A stretch of DNA of 33,815 nucleotides, taken from the NCBI GenBank assembly GCA_045588795.1, contig JAZNEY010000031.1, forward strand, positions 1 through 33,815, read 5' to 3'. The position numbers and the translations under genes are program-made. This DNA comes from Clostridia bacterium (GTDB lineage: Bacteria > Bacillota > Clostridia > Christensenellales > UBA1242). Positions 17,896-26,700 of this stretch are shown here, one piece after another. A model generated the notes under the pieces. It was not told the DNA's origin. It saw nothing but the letters and a program-made list of their open reading frames with translations, and searched no databases. Within the stretch, counting starts at the first letter, position 1. Each line of letters opens with the position of its first letter.

Positions 17896-18405
17896 TTAGC
17901 AATTTACAAGCCAAACCTCTAAATTCTTTTGCCTTGCAAGTTCAATGGTGTTTTTTGTTCCGCCATCACTCCCATTAAAAACTGCAATTAAAAGTGAAGA
18001 GTGGTCTACCATATATTTGTTTCTTACGTGCATACAACCTTTGTAAAATGTAGGCGATATAACCGTTATTTTGTCTGCAAGGGATATTATTTCGTTGTAG
18101 CGTTCTTGGTTGTAAAAGCTCCATCTGGCAGATTGTTTTGGGAAAGGAATTGCACATTCAAGTGTAATATGATTGTATTCGTATTTAAGTCCTAATACAA
18201 TTTCTGCAACCATAATGTCAATGCCCTCAGCCATACCGGAAATAAAGTGGGTGTAACCGATATCAATTGCACCAATTATAAGATTGCGAATTTCATTTTT
18301 AATTGCAATACAACGGTCATCATTTTCGTTATACCCCCAAGGCAAAGAGCTTGGTCTGTGTCCGGAAAAGCAAAGAGTATTAGCGTTTGTTATTTTGGTT
18401 TTCAT
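17896..18405 (-). CDS. SLOG-superfamily protein (DUF1273/YspA-like)
   Basis: LCFSGHRP, FISGMAEGIDIM, RNKYMVDHS, GGTKNT motifs. The ATG at 18405 follows a GGAGG RBS; the track start is 18450. Confidence 0.88.
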   Translation of the reverse strand: MKTKITNANTLCFSGHRPSSLPWGYNENDDRCIAIKNEIRNLIIGAIDIGYTHFISGMAEGIDIMVAEIVLGLKYEYNHITLECAIPFPKQSARWSFYNQERYNEIISLADKITVISPTFYKGCMHVRNKYMVDHSSLLIAVFNGSDGGTKNTIELARQKNLEVWLVNC

Positions 18406-18534
18406 TATAAGCCTCCAAGAGTGTGATAGAACAATTTTATCACACAACAAAAAAATATCAAATCAAAAAGGCGTATATGGGGCTTGAAAAGTTTATAAAG
18501 TTGTTGTATAATTCGCATAGACAGAGGGGGAATT

Positions 18535-19140
18535 ATGAACAGGGCAGAGATTAAAAAAGCGACTCAAGAACTTATGGAAGAAGTTTTGGCTTCGTATGAG
18601 TTTTATGAGTTTAAAAGAGAAATAGAGTGCAGGCAAAAGCAAAATTGGAAGCCAAGAAAAGAAAGTCGTTTCATCTTGTCAATAGCAGGTAAACTGGTTG
18701 ATGAGGCGGAGGAGTTTAGCAACATTGTTGGGCTTGATTGGACAGAAGAACTTACAGAAGCGATTGATGATTATGTGGCAGATTATCTTTCGAAAGTTTA
18801 TAATACAAAGATTTTAGAAGAACTTTATGAAAGTTATGACCCTGATGACTTTATGGATATTGATGAGGTTTATGAAAACCTAAGCAATAAAGTAACAATA
18901 GAAATAACAGCAAAAGCAGACCCAAACGAGCACTACTTAAAAAGAAACAACAAAGATGTAATAACAAAGGTGTTTAATTTTGACAGTGCAGAAGAGTATG
19001 CTGTTTATCTTACACTTGAAAGTTTGGATATGTTTAGGGTCGATATGGAGCAGGGATTTGCAGACACAAATTTTCAAGAATTTGAAGAAAGCATAGATGA
19101 TGAAGAGTGCGATTTTGATGACATTGATGAAAATTGTTAA
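18535..19140 (+). CDS. Hypothetical acidic protein
   Basis: GAGGGGG RBS; TTGAAA...TATAAT promoter; very D/E-rich, especially the C-terminus. Confidence 0.8.
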   Translation: MNRAEIKKATQELMEEVLASYEFYEFKREIECRQKQNWKPRKESRFILSIAGKLVDEAEEFSNIVGLDWTEELTEAIDDYVADYLSKVYNTKILEELYESYDPDDFMDIDEVYENLSNKVTIEITAKADPNEHYLKRNNKDVITKVFNFDSAEEYAVYLTLESLDMFRVDMEQGFADTNFQEFEESIDDEECDFDDIDENC

Positions 19141-19144
19141 AAGA

Positions 19145-19174
19145 AAAAGAGCGGGAATTATTCCTGCTCTTTTA
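19145..19174. terminator. Bidirectional terminator overlapping the stop of the minus-strand gene
   Basis: AAAAGAGCGGGAA...TTCCTGCTCTTTT. Confidence 0.75.
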
Positions 19175-19709
19175 TAATATCTGCATCTATTTGAGGTGAT
19201 TTTTTTGCTTTTACCACCTCTTGAACTATAACAATTAAAGTGAAAACTATGCAAAGTGCTTCGCTTATAATGTTTACATATCCCATATAAATTGCGTTGT
19301 ACCAAATTGTAAGTGCACAAGAGAAAATGCTTAATCCTCTAAATATTTGAGGGTTATTTTGCCAAGCACCATAAGTATACGAAATTCCTTTCAAGGCAAT
19401 TATTGTGTACTCGAGCCAGTTAGTAAATGTTAAAAAGCAAGATGCAAGGTAGAGTAGCATAAAGAATATTAAAAGAGGAACACTTTTGTGCCAATCATTT
19501 CTCGCATAAAGATAAAAGACAAATGTGCGAATAGAAGCAACAAGCATACAAGCAACGCCCATATATGCACCAAGCAAATAGAAACTTATTGCAACTAAAA
19601 GATTTGCAATGGCTGTGAAAATCATATTTGTGCTTGGCTTGTTGGATAATCTGCCCGAAGTATTTAATACAAGGGCGACACCGCTAACAATTTGTCCGGC
19701 TATAAACAT
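19158..19709 (-). CDS. YgjV-family integral membrane protein
   Basis: Multiple TM helices; pattern GQIVS...YLLGAYMG...SIRTFV and R.LSI...WYNAIY.GY; AGGAG RBS. Confidence 0.75.
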   Translation of the reverse strand: MFIAGQIVSGVALVLNTSGRLSNKPSTNMIFTAIANLLVAISFYLLGAYMGVACMLVASIRTFVFYLYARNDWHKSVPLLIFFMLLYLASCFLTFTNWLEYTIIALKGISYTYGAWQNNPQIFRGLSIFSCALTIWYNAIYMGYVNIISEALCIVFTLIVIVQEVVKAKKSPQIDADIIKEQE

Positions 19710-19842
19710 TAAAGAGTTTCTCCTATTAGAAAATTATTATATCAAATAAAAATGACTTTACCAAACAAAAATTAAAAACTCCCCAAATTAAATTTGTAAT
19801 AGTTTACTTTTATGTTATAATCGACTAGTAAAGGAGTTTTTT

Positions 19843-21288
19843 ATGGAACAAATAAAGATGAAAAAGAATGGGTATTCAAAGGAATTTAGAAGTATGTTCC
19901 GAGAGTATGATATAAGGGGTCTTGTAAACTCTGAGCAACTAAATGAAAAAAGCGTTTACAGGATTGTAAAAGCATACGGTGCTTTGATAAAATCAAGGGG
20001 AATAAGTAAGGCTGTCGTTGGCTATGATAACAGAGACTGTTCGCCTGCGTTTGCAAAAAGTGCAATTGATGCACTAACTGAAATGGGAATTAATGTTTAT
20101 TATATTGGATTGTCGCTTTCCCCTGTGGCATATTATGCTCAATATGTCTATAAGTGTGAGGGACTAGTTATGATAACAGCAAGCCACAACCCAAATGGTT
20201 GGAGTGGGTTTAAACTTGGGCTTGGTTATTCGACAACACTTGGTAAAGCCGAGATAATTGAAGTGTTCAACAATGTTGACAGAAAATTTCCAAAGGCAAG
20301 AAAGAAAGGTAAAGTTGTCGAGTGTGATGTAAGAGACCAATATATTGATGAGGTTGTGCAAAGAATAGATATGGGTGAGTATAAGCCAAGGGTTTTGATT
20401 GAGACTGCAAATGGTGGTGCTGGCTTATTTGCATATGAAATATTCCAAAGACTTGGCTGTATAACATTTTTATTAAATGCAGACCCAGATACAACTTATC
20501 CAAAGTATTTTCCAAATCCATCAGATTTAACTGCAAGAAAGAAGATGGAAGAACTTGTAACGCATAAATATATACACGCAGACCTTGGAATGTTCTTTGA
20601 TGGTGATGGAGACAGGGTTGGTGTTGTTGATGAAAATGGCAATAATGTTTGGAGTGATACAGTTCTTGCCTTGCTTGCAGAGCCAATGACAAAGAAAAAC
20701 AAAGATGCAAAGATTGTTTATGACGTTAAGTGTTCAAGAGCGTTAACTGAAACTATTAAAAAGGCTGGCGGAACGCCAATAATGTGGAGTACCGGGCACT
20801 CGTTTATAAAGAGCAAAATGAAAGAGGTTGGGGCGGTTCTTGCTGGTGAGAGAAGTGGACATATCTTCATTGGTGGAGATGAGTATCTTGGCTATGATGA
20901 TGGAATTTTTGCAGGTGCTAAAATTGCAGAGCGTTTGTCAAAAGCACAAAAGCCACTGTCAAAACTTGTTGATAAATTGCCAAAATATTTCACAAGTCCA
21001 GAAATTTATGTTGATTGTGATGATTGCATTAAGTACGACATTGTCAACAAACTTGTTGAAAGATTTAAAGAAATGTATCCGGGTAAAGTTTGTGATATAA
21101 ACGGTGCAAGAGTTGAATTTGAAAATGGCTGGGGACTTGTGAGGGCGAGTTCGAATATGCCACTGCTTGGACTACTTTTTGAGGGAAAGACCAAACAAGA
21201 TGTTCACGAAATTAAAAAGATTTTCAAAAGTGTTATGGGCTCATTTAAAGAACTTCATAAGCCTTGGATAAATGATGATGAAGAGTAA
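19843..21288 (+). CDS. Phosphomannomutase/phosphoglucomutase (AlgC/ManB-type)
   Basis: FREYDIRG, MITASHNP phosphoserine motif, FDGDGDR metal loop, GERSGH sugar loop, GLVRASSN. Confidence 0.95.
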   Translation: MEQIKMKKNGYSKEFRSMFREYDIRGLVNSEQLNEKSVYRIVKAYGALIKSRGISKAVVGYDNRDCSPAFAKSAIDALTEMGINVYYIGLSLSPVAYYAQYVYKCEGLVMITASHNPNGWSGFKLGLGYSTTLGKAEIIEVFNNVDRKFPKARKKGKVVECDVRDQYIDEVVQRIDMGEYKPRVLIETANGGAGLFAYEIFQRLGCITFLLNADPDTTYPKYFPNPSDLTARKKMEELVTHKYIHADLGMFFDGDGDRVGVVDENGNNVWSDTVLALLAEPMTKKNKDAKIVYDVKCSRALTETIKKAGGTPIMWSTGHSFIKSKMKEVGAVLAGERSGHIFIGGDEYLGYDDGIFAGAKIAERLSKAQKPLSKLVDKLPKYFTSPEIYVDCDDCIKYDIVNKLVERFKEMYPGKVCDINGARVEFENGWGLVRASSNMPLLGLLFEGKTKQDVHEIKKIFKSVMGSFKELHKPWINDDEE

Positions 21289-21320
21289 AAAAATACCAGT
21301 GAAAATTTCACTGGTATTTT
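21289..21320. terminator. Bidirectional terminator
   Basis: AAAATACCAGTGAA...TTCACTGGTATTTT. Confidence 0.85.
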
Positions 21321-21564
21321 AAATGTCTAAATCTTCCTCATTGTTTTCGAAAATGGGGGAATTGAAAAATTCTTTAATTGATACACCGAGCCCGTAACAG
21401 ATTCTTGAGATTGTTGCAATTTCGCTTTTCTTGCTATGGCCATTCAATAAACTGGTTAAAGTAGAGGTGTTAATAAAACAATTGGTTGCAATTTTGTTTA
21501 TTGAAAGATTCTTGCTTTGGGCAAGTTCAATAATTCTTAATCTTACAGCTTCTTGTGCTTTCAT
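21319..21564 (-). CDS. Small Xre-family HTH regulator
   Basis: RIIELAQSKNLSINKIATNCFINTSTLTSLLNG...TISRICYGLGVSIKEFF; the ATG at 21564 follows GGAGG. Confidence 0.9.
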   Translation of the reverse strand: MKAQEAVRLRIIELAQSKNLSINKIATNCFINTSTLTSLLNGHSKKSEIATISRICYGLGVSIKEFFNSPIFENNEEDLDI

Positions 21565-21613
21565 AAAAACCTCCATATGATATAATTAAAGTGTACCCGT
21601 TTTTAACAGAATC

Positions 21614-21656
21614 AATTATCGCCACAGCAACAATTTTTATTGCTGTGGCGATAATT
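21614..21656. promoter_or_regulatory. Perfect 17-bp inverted repeat (probable operator) overlapping the -35 of the rightward promoter
   Basis: AATTATCGCCACAGCAA-9 nt-TTGCTGTGGCGATAATT. TTGCTG (21640-45), 17-nt spacer with TG, TATACT (21663-68). Confidence 0.7.
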
Positions 21657-21674
21657 TTGTGTTATACTTGTGCT

Positions 21675-22144
21675 ATGAAAAATAGTTTATCGCAGGTATG
21701 TAGTGTGTTTGGGCACAAAGATATCAATTTAGGCGAATCGTTAAAAAACGAATAGAAAAATTTATATGGATAATAGAAGAATTGCAGATAAAAGAGTTCC
21801 ATATTGGAGGAATGGGGGCTTTTGATAACTGCTGTGCATTGATTTTAAATGACCTAAAAAAAATTCATAGCGACATAAAAATTGTGCTAGTGTTGGCGTA
21901 TTTGAACGGGGGCTCTTCTTGTGATGATAGAAGTAAGTTGTATGATGAAAGCATTTATCCGCCTCTCGAAAAGGTGCCTCTGCGTTTTGCAATTTCTAAA
22001 AGAAATGAGTGGATGGTAAAGAACTCCAACTTTGTGTTATTTTATGTTAACTGGTCTTGGGGTGGGGCATTTAAAACAATGGAGATGGCAAAAAAAAGTA
22101 AGGTAAATTATGAAAACATTGGGGAGCTTGAGTTTTCTAAATAA
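21675..22144 (+). pseudogene. SLOG/DUF1273-like gene split by a -1 frameshift at an A6 tract (21743-21748)
   Basis: Frame from ATG 21675 gives MKNSLSQVCSVFGHKDINLGESLKNE* (CxxFGH, SLOG N-terminus). The -1 frame continues KKRIEKFIWIIEELQIKEFHIGGMGAFD...AISKRNEWMV...GGAFKT to 22144. Confidence 0.8.
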
Positions 22145-22169
22145 AAACAGCAACATTAGTTGCTGTTTT
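22144..22169. terminator. Bidirectional terminator
   Basis: AAAACAGCAAC-atta-GTTGCTGTTTT. Confidence 0.8.
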
Positions 22170-22176
22170 GTGTTTA

Positions 22177-22920
22177 CTATATGAGTATTTTTTTTGCAAT
22201 ATCCACAATTCTCTCCAGCTCACCCGGCTTTTTATAGCGGTGGTCGGCATTTTCGAAGATGTGAAGAGTATGCTGATTTTTAAAATATTTGTTTGCATAA
22301 TCAAAAACAAAATTTGGGTCTACAATATCATCTTGAAGCCCTTGCATAATGTGGAAGTGGCTAGAGGTTTCTCCTATGCCACTTGAAAGATTATTCGTAT
22401 ATAGGTCATCAATAAACTTGTTATCCACCCAAAGTTCATAGGCATAGCCGAGATTTTGAGGAGTGGCAAAGTCGCCAAGTGATAGTTTGTGCTCCGGCAA
22501 TATGTTTTTAACAAGAATATTCCCCATATCAATGGCAGGCGACCTTAAAATTACATTTTTGAATGTTTCGTTGTGCTTTTTTAGGTGTTGCAACAACAAA
22601 AACCCACCAAAACTTGTTGCAAATATTGAAATTGGAAGATTTTTGTATTCATTTTTTGCGTATTCTATCATATGTCTTACGCTTTTAATGCACTCATCTA
22701 AGATAAGAGGGGTGCTTTTAACATTGCCACCGTGGTTAGGTAAGTCATAAGATATGGTCGCAATATTGTTTTTTGCAAGCATTTCAGCAACTGCTACTAT
22801 AACCGAACTTTCTTTATCCCCTGCAAACCCGTGTATTGCAAGGAGCACCTCTCGTATTTCATTTGATGGCTCAAAGATTCTAGTTGCAAGATTGTTAATT
22901 TTTAATTCTTTTATGTTCAT
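22177..22920 (-). CDS. Alpha/beta-fold hydrolase (esterase/peptidase)
   Basis: LLAIHGF oxyanion motif, YDLPNHG, nucleophile ATSFGG, QGLQDDIV (Asp), ENADHRY (His). Confidence 0.9.
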   Translation of the reverse strand: MNIKELKINNLATRIFEPSNEIREVLLAIHGFAGDKESSVIVAVAEMLAKNNIATISYDLPNHGGNVKSTPLILDECIKSVRHMIEYAKNEYKNLPISIFATSFGGFLLLQHLKKHNETFKNVILRSPAIDMGNILVKNILPEHKLSLGDFATPQNLGYAYELWVDNKFIDDLYTNNLSSGIGETSSHFHIMQGLQDDIVDPNFVFDYANKYFKNQHTLHIFENADHRYKKPGELERIVDIAKKILI

Positions 22921-23618
22921 TATTCATCATCTCCAATCTGTGAGGTGTTTTCAAATAGTTTTCCAACTTCATTTTTACCCACAACTGTTGCAGGCTTTAT
23001 GTTTTTAATATATGAATCTGCCTCTGGTCCTAGTCCGGTTTTTCCAACCTTGTTTTCATAAAAATACTTTTCGGGTTTGATGTATGTCATATTTAATAGA
23101 TAGTCTCTAAAATCATAACCCTTTTTATCGCAACTAGCCTCTCTTTCTGGGTCAAATATGAAATACTTTCTGCCATACTTGTTGTATTCCACAGCAGTTA
23201 CATAGTGTAGCAATTTTTTATTTTTTCCCGGAAGTTTGCTAAGTAGGGTATGTGTTTTAAATCCGCCGGCTTCAAGCAGTACTCTTGCAGCCTCTGCGTA
23301 CCCTGCGCACATTGCTTGCCCTTTGCAAAGAGCGGCATATGCAGTTCGGTATTGTAATTCATCTGTTGGAAATTCTTGGATAACTTCCCTTTGGGCAATA
23401 AAATACTCACTACGGATTGAAACATTTTCCTTTAGGTAGGTGTTTATTAGTCTTATAATATCTTCCTCGCTTGTCCAGTCAGAGATATCAAGCCCATTTA
23501 AAATCTCTTCTATTTTATAAAGAAGTTCAGTAAACATTTCTTCATTGTAGAATTCTTTTCCGTGTGCTGGGTCGTTTACGACAGAAAGAACCCTATCTAT
23601 TTGCTTTTGATTTAGCAT
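22920..23618 (-). CDS. Transglutaminase-like (Cys-His-Asp) protein
   Basis: AYAALCKGQAMCAGYA (Cys), LHYVTAV (His), YFIFDP (Asp). The ATG at 23618 follows GGAGG; the stop overlaps the hydrolase start (TAATG). Confidence 0.82.
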   Translation of the reverse strand: MLNQKQIDRVLSVVNDPAHGKEFYNEEMFTELLYKIEEILNGLDISDWTSEEDIIRLINTYLKENVSIRSEYFIAQREVIQEFPTDELQYRTAYAALCKGQAMCAGYAEAARVLLEAGGFKTHTLLSKLPGKNKKLLHYVTAVEYNKYGRKYFIFDPEREASCDKKGYDFRDYLLNMTYIKPEKYFYENKVGKTGLGPEADSYIKNIKPATVVGKNEVGKLFENTSQIGDDE

Positions 23619-23726
23619 TGATTTTACCTCCACGTATTATTAGTTCTATTTTAAACTATTTTCACAAAAATTTCAAGGTTAATAATGGGTAATTGGAAAG
23701 TATATGTATTATTTATATTAATGGTC

Positions 23727-23755
23727 TTGAAAATTTTTTAATAATATGTTATTAT
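23727..23755 (+). promoter_or_regulatory. Sigma-A-type promoter of the giant gene
   Basis: TTGAAA-17 nt-TATTAT with an extended TG; GGGGGG RBS before ATG 23798. Confidence 0.55.
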
Positions 23756-23797
23756 AAGGTGCAAAAAAGTTTGAAAATATAAGTCGGGGGGAAACCA

Positions 23798-26700
23798 ATG
23801 CGGGTTGAAGATGAGTTTTTAGAAGATGACTTAGATGAGGTCGTTGAAGATGCTGGCGCTTCGCTAGAGGAATCTGACATTGACTTTAACGAAGAAGAGT
23901 ACAGAAAACATATTTATTCGATTTCTGCAAAGAAAAGGGGAAAAGACTTGTCTGCTGAGGAATTGAATGCATTAATAAAAAGAGCTCAAGCTGATGACCA
24001 ATATGCTTGGGAAATAATTTTTAAACTTCACGAGCCATTCATAACTTATATGAAAGGCAAAACTAAGCCATTGATATTTGGAACGGTAACAGAAGAAGAT
24101 TTTGAAAGCTACATCTATGAGGGGTTTGTAAAGGCTGTAAATACTTTTGATGAAACCAAAGGGGTTAAATTTATAACTTTTGCGGTAACTTGTGTAAAGA
24201 ATCAAGTCGGCAGGCTTAGTCTTAGAAATTCAAGAAGATATTATCAAGAAGATGTTTTAGTTCACGCCGAGATGAGTCCAGAACGCGTTATTTCAATTGA
24301 TGCAAATCAAGGAAGCCCCAAAGGTGATGGTGAGGGAAGAGCTCTTGCAGAGGTTATTGCTGATACAGAAGATGAAGTTGACAATGCGACAGAGCAAAAT
24401 ATTGAGTTTGCTAAAAAGATAAGGCCGTTAATTCGTGGGAAAATGGCAAAAGAATATTTTGAGGCAATCGCAAGTGGTCAAAAAATTGCATTAAAAGTAC
24501 TTGGGGACAAGTACAAAATTTCAAGGGCTGCTGTCGGCGACTATATAATGAAAGAAAGACGCAGACTGCAAAAACTTGTAGAGGCTTCAAACTTTGTACA
24601 TACCGCATTAAAAGAGGGTAGAAGTTATAGTGAAATTGCAGGGTCACTAAAAACGACAGTAGACAAGGTAAAATACTATCATAAAATTTATAATTATTTG
24701 TACCGAGGTGCACCTCTTCCAATAGCATATGAGGGTGTTGACTTTCAGGACAAATGGTTTTTGGCAAGGTACTTACCATTTGCTGAAAGCGAACTTTCAA
24801 GAAAGTATTTTGAGGCTTGTGTAGAAAACGAGTATATGACAGTGTACAAATATTCTGCTGAAATTGATTCGAGCATTGATAAGAAAAAAGCTCTTCGTTC
24901 CATAGAGGCGGAAAAACTTGGAATGAGGGCATTCATCAAGAAGATTATCAGTGCAAAAGATTACTCTATGCGTAAAGTTCACGACCAAAGCATTGTGGGC
25001 GTGTTTGGCTCGACTTCAATGTACAGATATTATCTTGAATGTTACGATTATTTCTTTGAGAGCGAAGACGAAAGCGAAATTGCTGAAAGGGGCAGGATTT
25101 TATATTTAGCAGGGGAAAGACTAAAAGGAGAAACTGACAAGGCTAAAAGAGAGAAAAAGGAAAAACCTCAAGTGGTTCAAGAACCGGAAACATATAATGG
25201 AAAATTCTTTATCTCTTTGCAAAAATTCAGACCTTGTTGTGCAGATTCAAGGGTCTATGCATATTTCCCACTTCTTTATAAAAATCTTACAGAAGGTGTG
25301 TCGTTGGCGGACCTTGCTCGTAAATTTCCAAGTTTAAAAACCAATATGCTTTCACAAACGAAAACTATCTTAATACAACAAGTCCGTGAAACAACAAAAA
25401 ATATTGAAGATATTGAGCTTATGCTTGATTTAAACAAGGGTAAGATTGAAGAATTGGCAATAGGGCTACAATTACCAGTGCCAGAAGTGATTGAAAAAAC
25501 TGTTATAGAGTGGGGAAAGGAACGCGGATTAAGCAAAGAAGAGGCAGTTGCATATATCACGCTTAAAGATTATTTTAAAAGTGGTGCAGAACTTCCAAAG
25601 TTCTTTAAAGAAAGAGAACAGACAATGCGTGAAAAGATAAAAGGAACTTGGGTTGAACAAATTGAATCGGTTATGGAGGCCGAGTCTTTTGCGGGCAACA
25701 ATGAAGGATCTCAAAGCGTTGAATTGCAAGAAGATATGCAAAATAACCCAAAAGAGCTTTTACAGAAAACTGAAGATACTCCTAAGGTGAAAAAGAAACA
25801 AACAAGAAAAGAGACTACTCTTCAAAAACAAGCAAGTGAAAATGTCGTTATTATAGAAGAGCAACAACCAAAAGAAGAAAAAACTATTGCTGAGAAGCAG
25901 GTTGAAGAACCGGAACAAGAATCAAAAACAGAAATTCAAGCAGAGGCTTCAAAAGAAGATAATAAGAGAGCAAAAAGTGGTGGGCGTTCAAAAGGTAAAA
26001 GAAATAATGTTTCCACCAAAACTGATGAGTTGAGAAGTCTAATTGAATTAGTGCTTCCATTCTTTGAGGGCAAAACATCAAGGGCATCATTGTTTAACAA
26101 TTATGTTTATCAATATTATATCAAAGGTTTGAATTACGAGCAGATTTCTGATTTGAATGCAGTTACAACTAGTACTGCTAGTCAATTAGTTGCATCTGGC
26201 GTTGCAAACATACAAGTCAATAATTTGATTGCAATTTGTTGTCATAGAGCGGAAAATAATCGAGTGGAAACGCAAAAACTTTGTGATGAGCTTGGAATAA
26301 CAGAACTAGAATTTAATGGATATTGCAGACTTTATGAATTTCTATATCAAGGAGAAGCAAAACCTCAAATTAAAAGTCTTGTGCTTCTAGACCAAAGGGC
26401 GAAAAAAAGAAACGGACTTATCAATCTTTATGGAGAAGATGTTTTATCTTGCTTGAAAGATGAAGTAAGGATTGCACTAGAAAAGAAGAGTGGAGCAAAT
26501 TTCGGTCCAGTTATGGAAGTTCATAGCGAGGCGCACATTGAAACTGACCACATTGAAGTTGGTGGTGATAAAACTACCACAGTCAAAGAAAGGGCAGAAA
26601 CGCCAAAGATAATTGTGGAAGAAAACGCAAAAATTGAAAACGCTCCAAAGAAACGAGGAAGAAAACCGAAACAGGCGGTTGAAGAAAGCGTGCCAAGCGA

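Noticed and set aside
21614-21656. Palindrome as an intrinsic terminator
   Set aside because: It lies between divergent gene starts and overlaps a promoter, so an operator fits better.
21782-22144. Independent 120-aa gene starting at TTG 21782
   Set aside because: Lacks the SLOG N-terminal CxxxGH motif, which is encoded upstream in another frame; treated as one frameshifted gene.
23798-24600. Calling the giant gene sigE, sigK or rpoD
   Set aside because: Only motif-level similarity; regions 2.3-2.4 and 4 are divergent, and the length and context differ.
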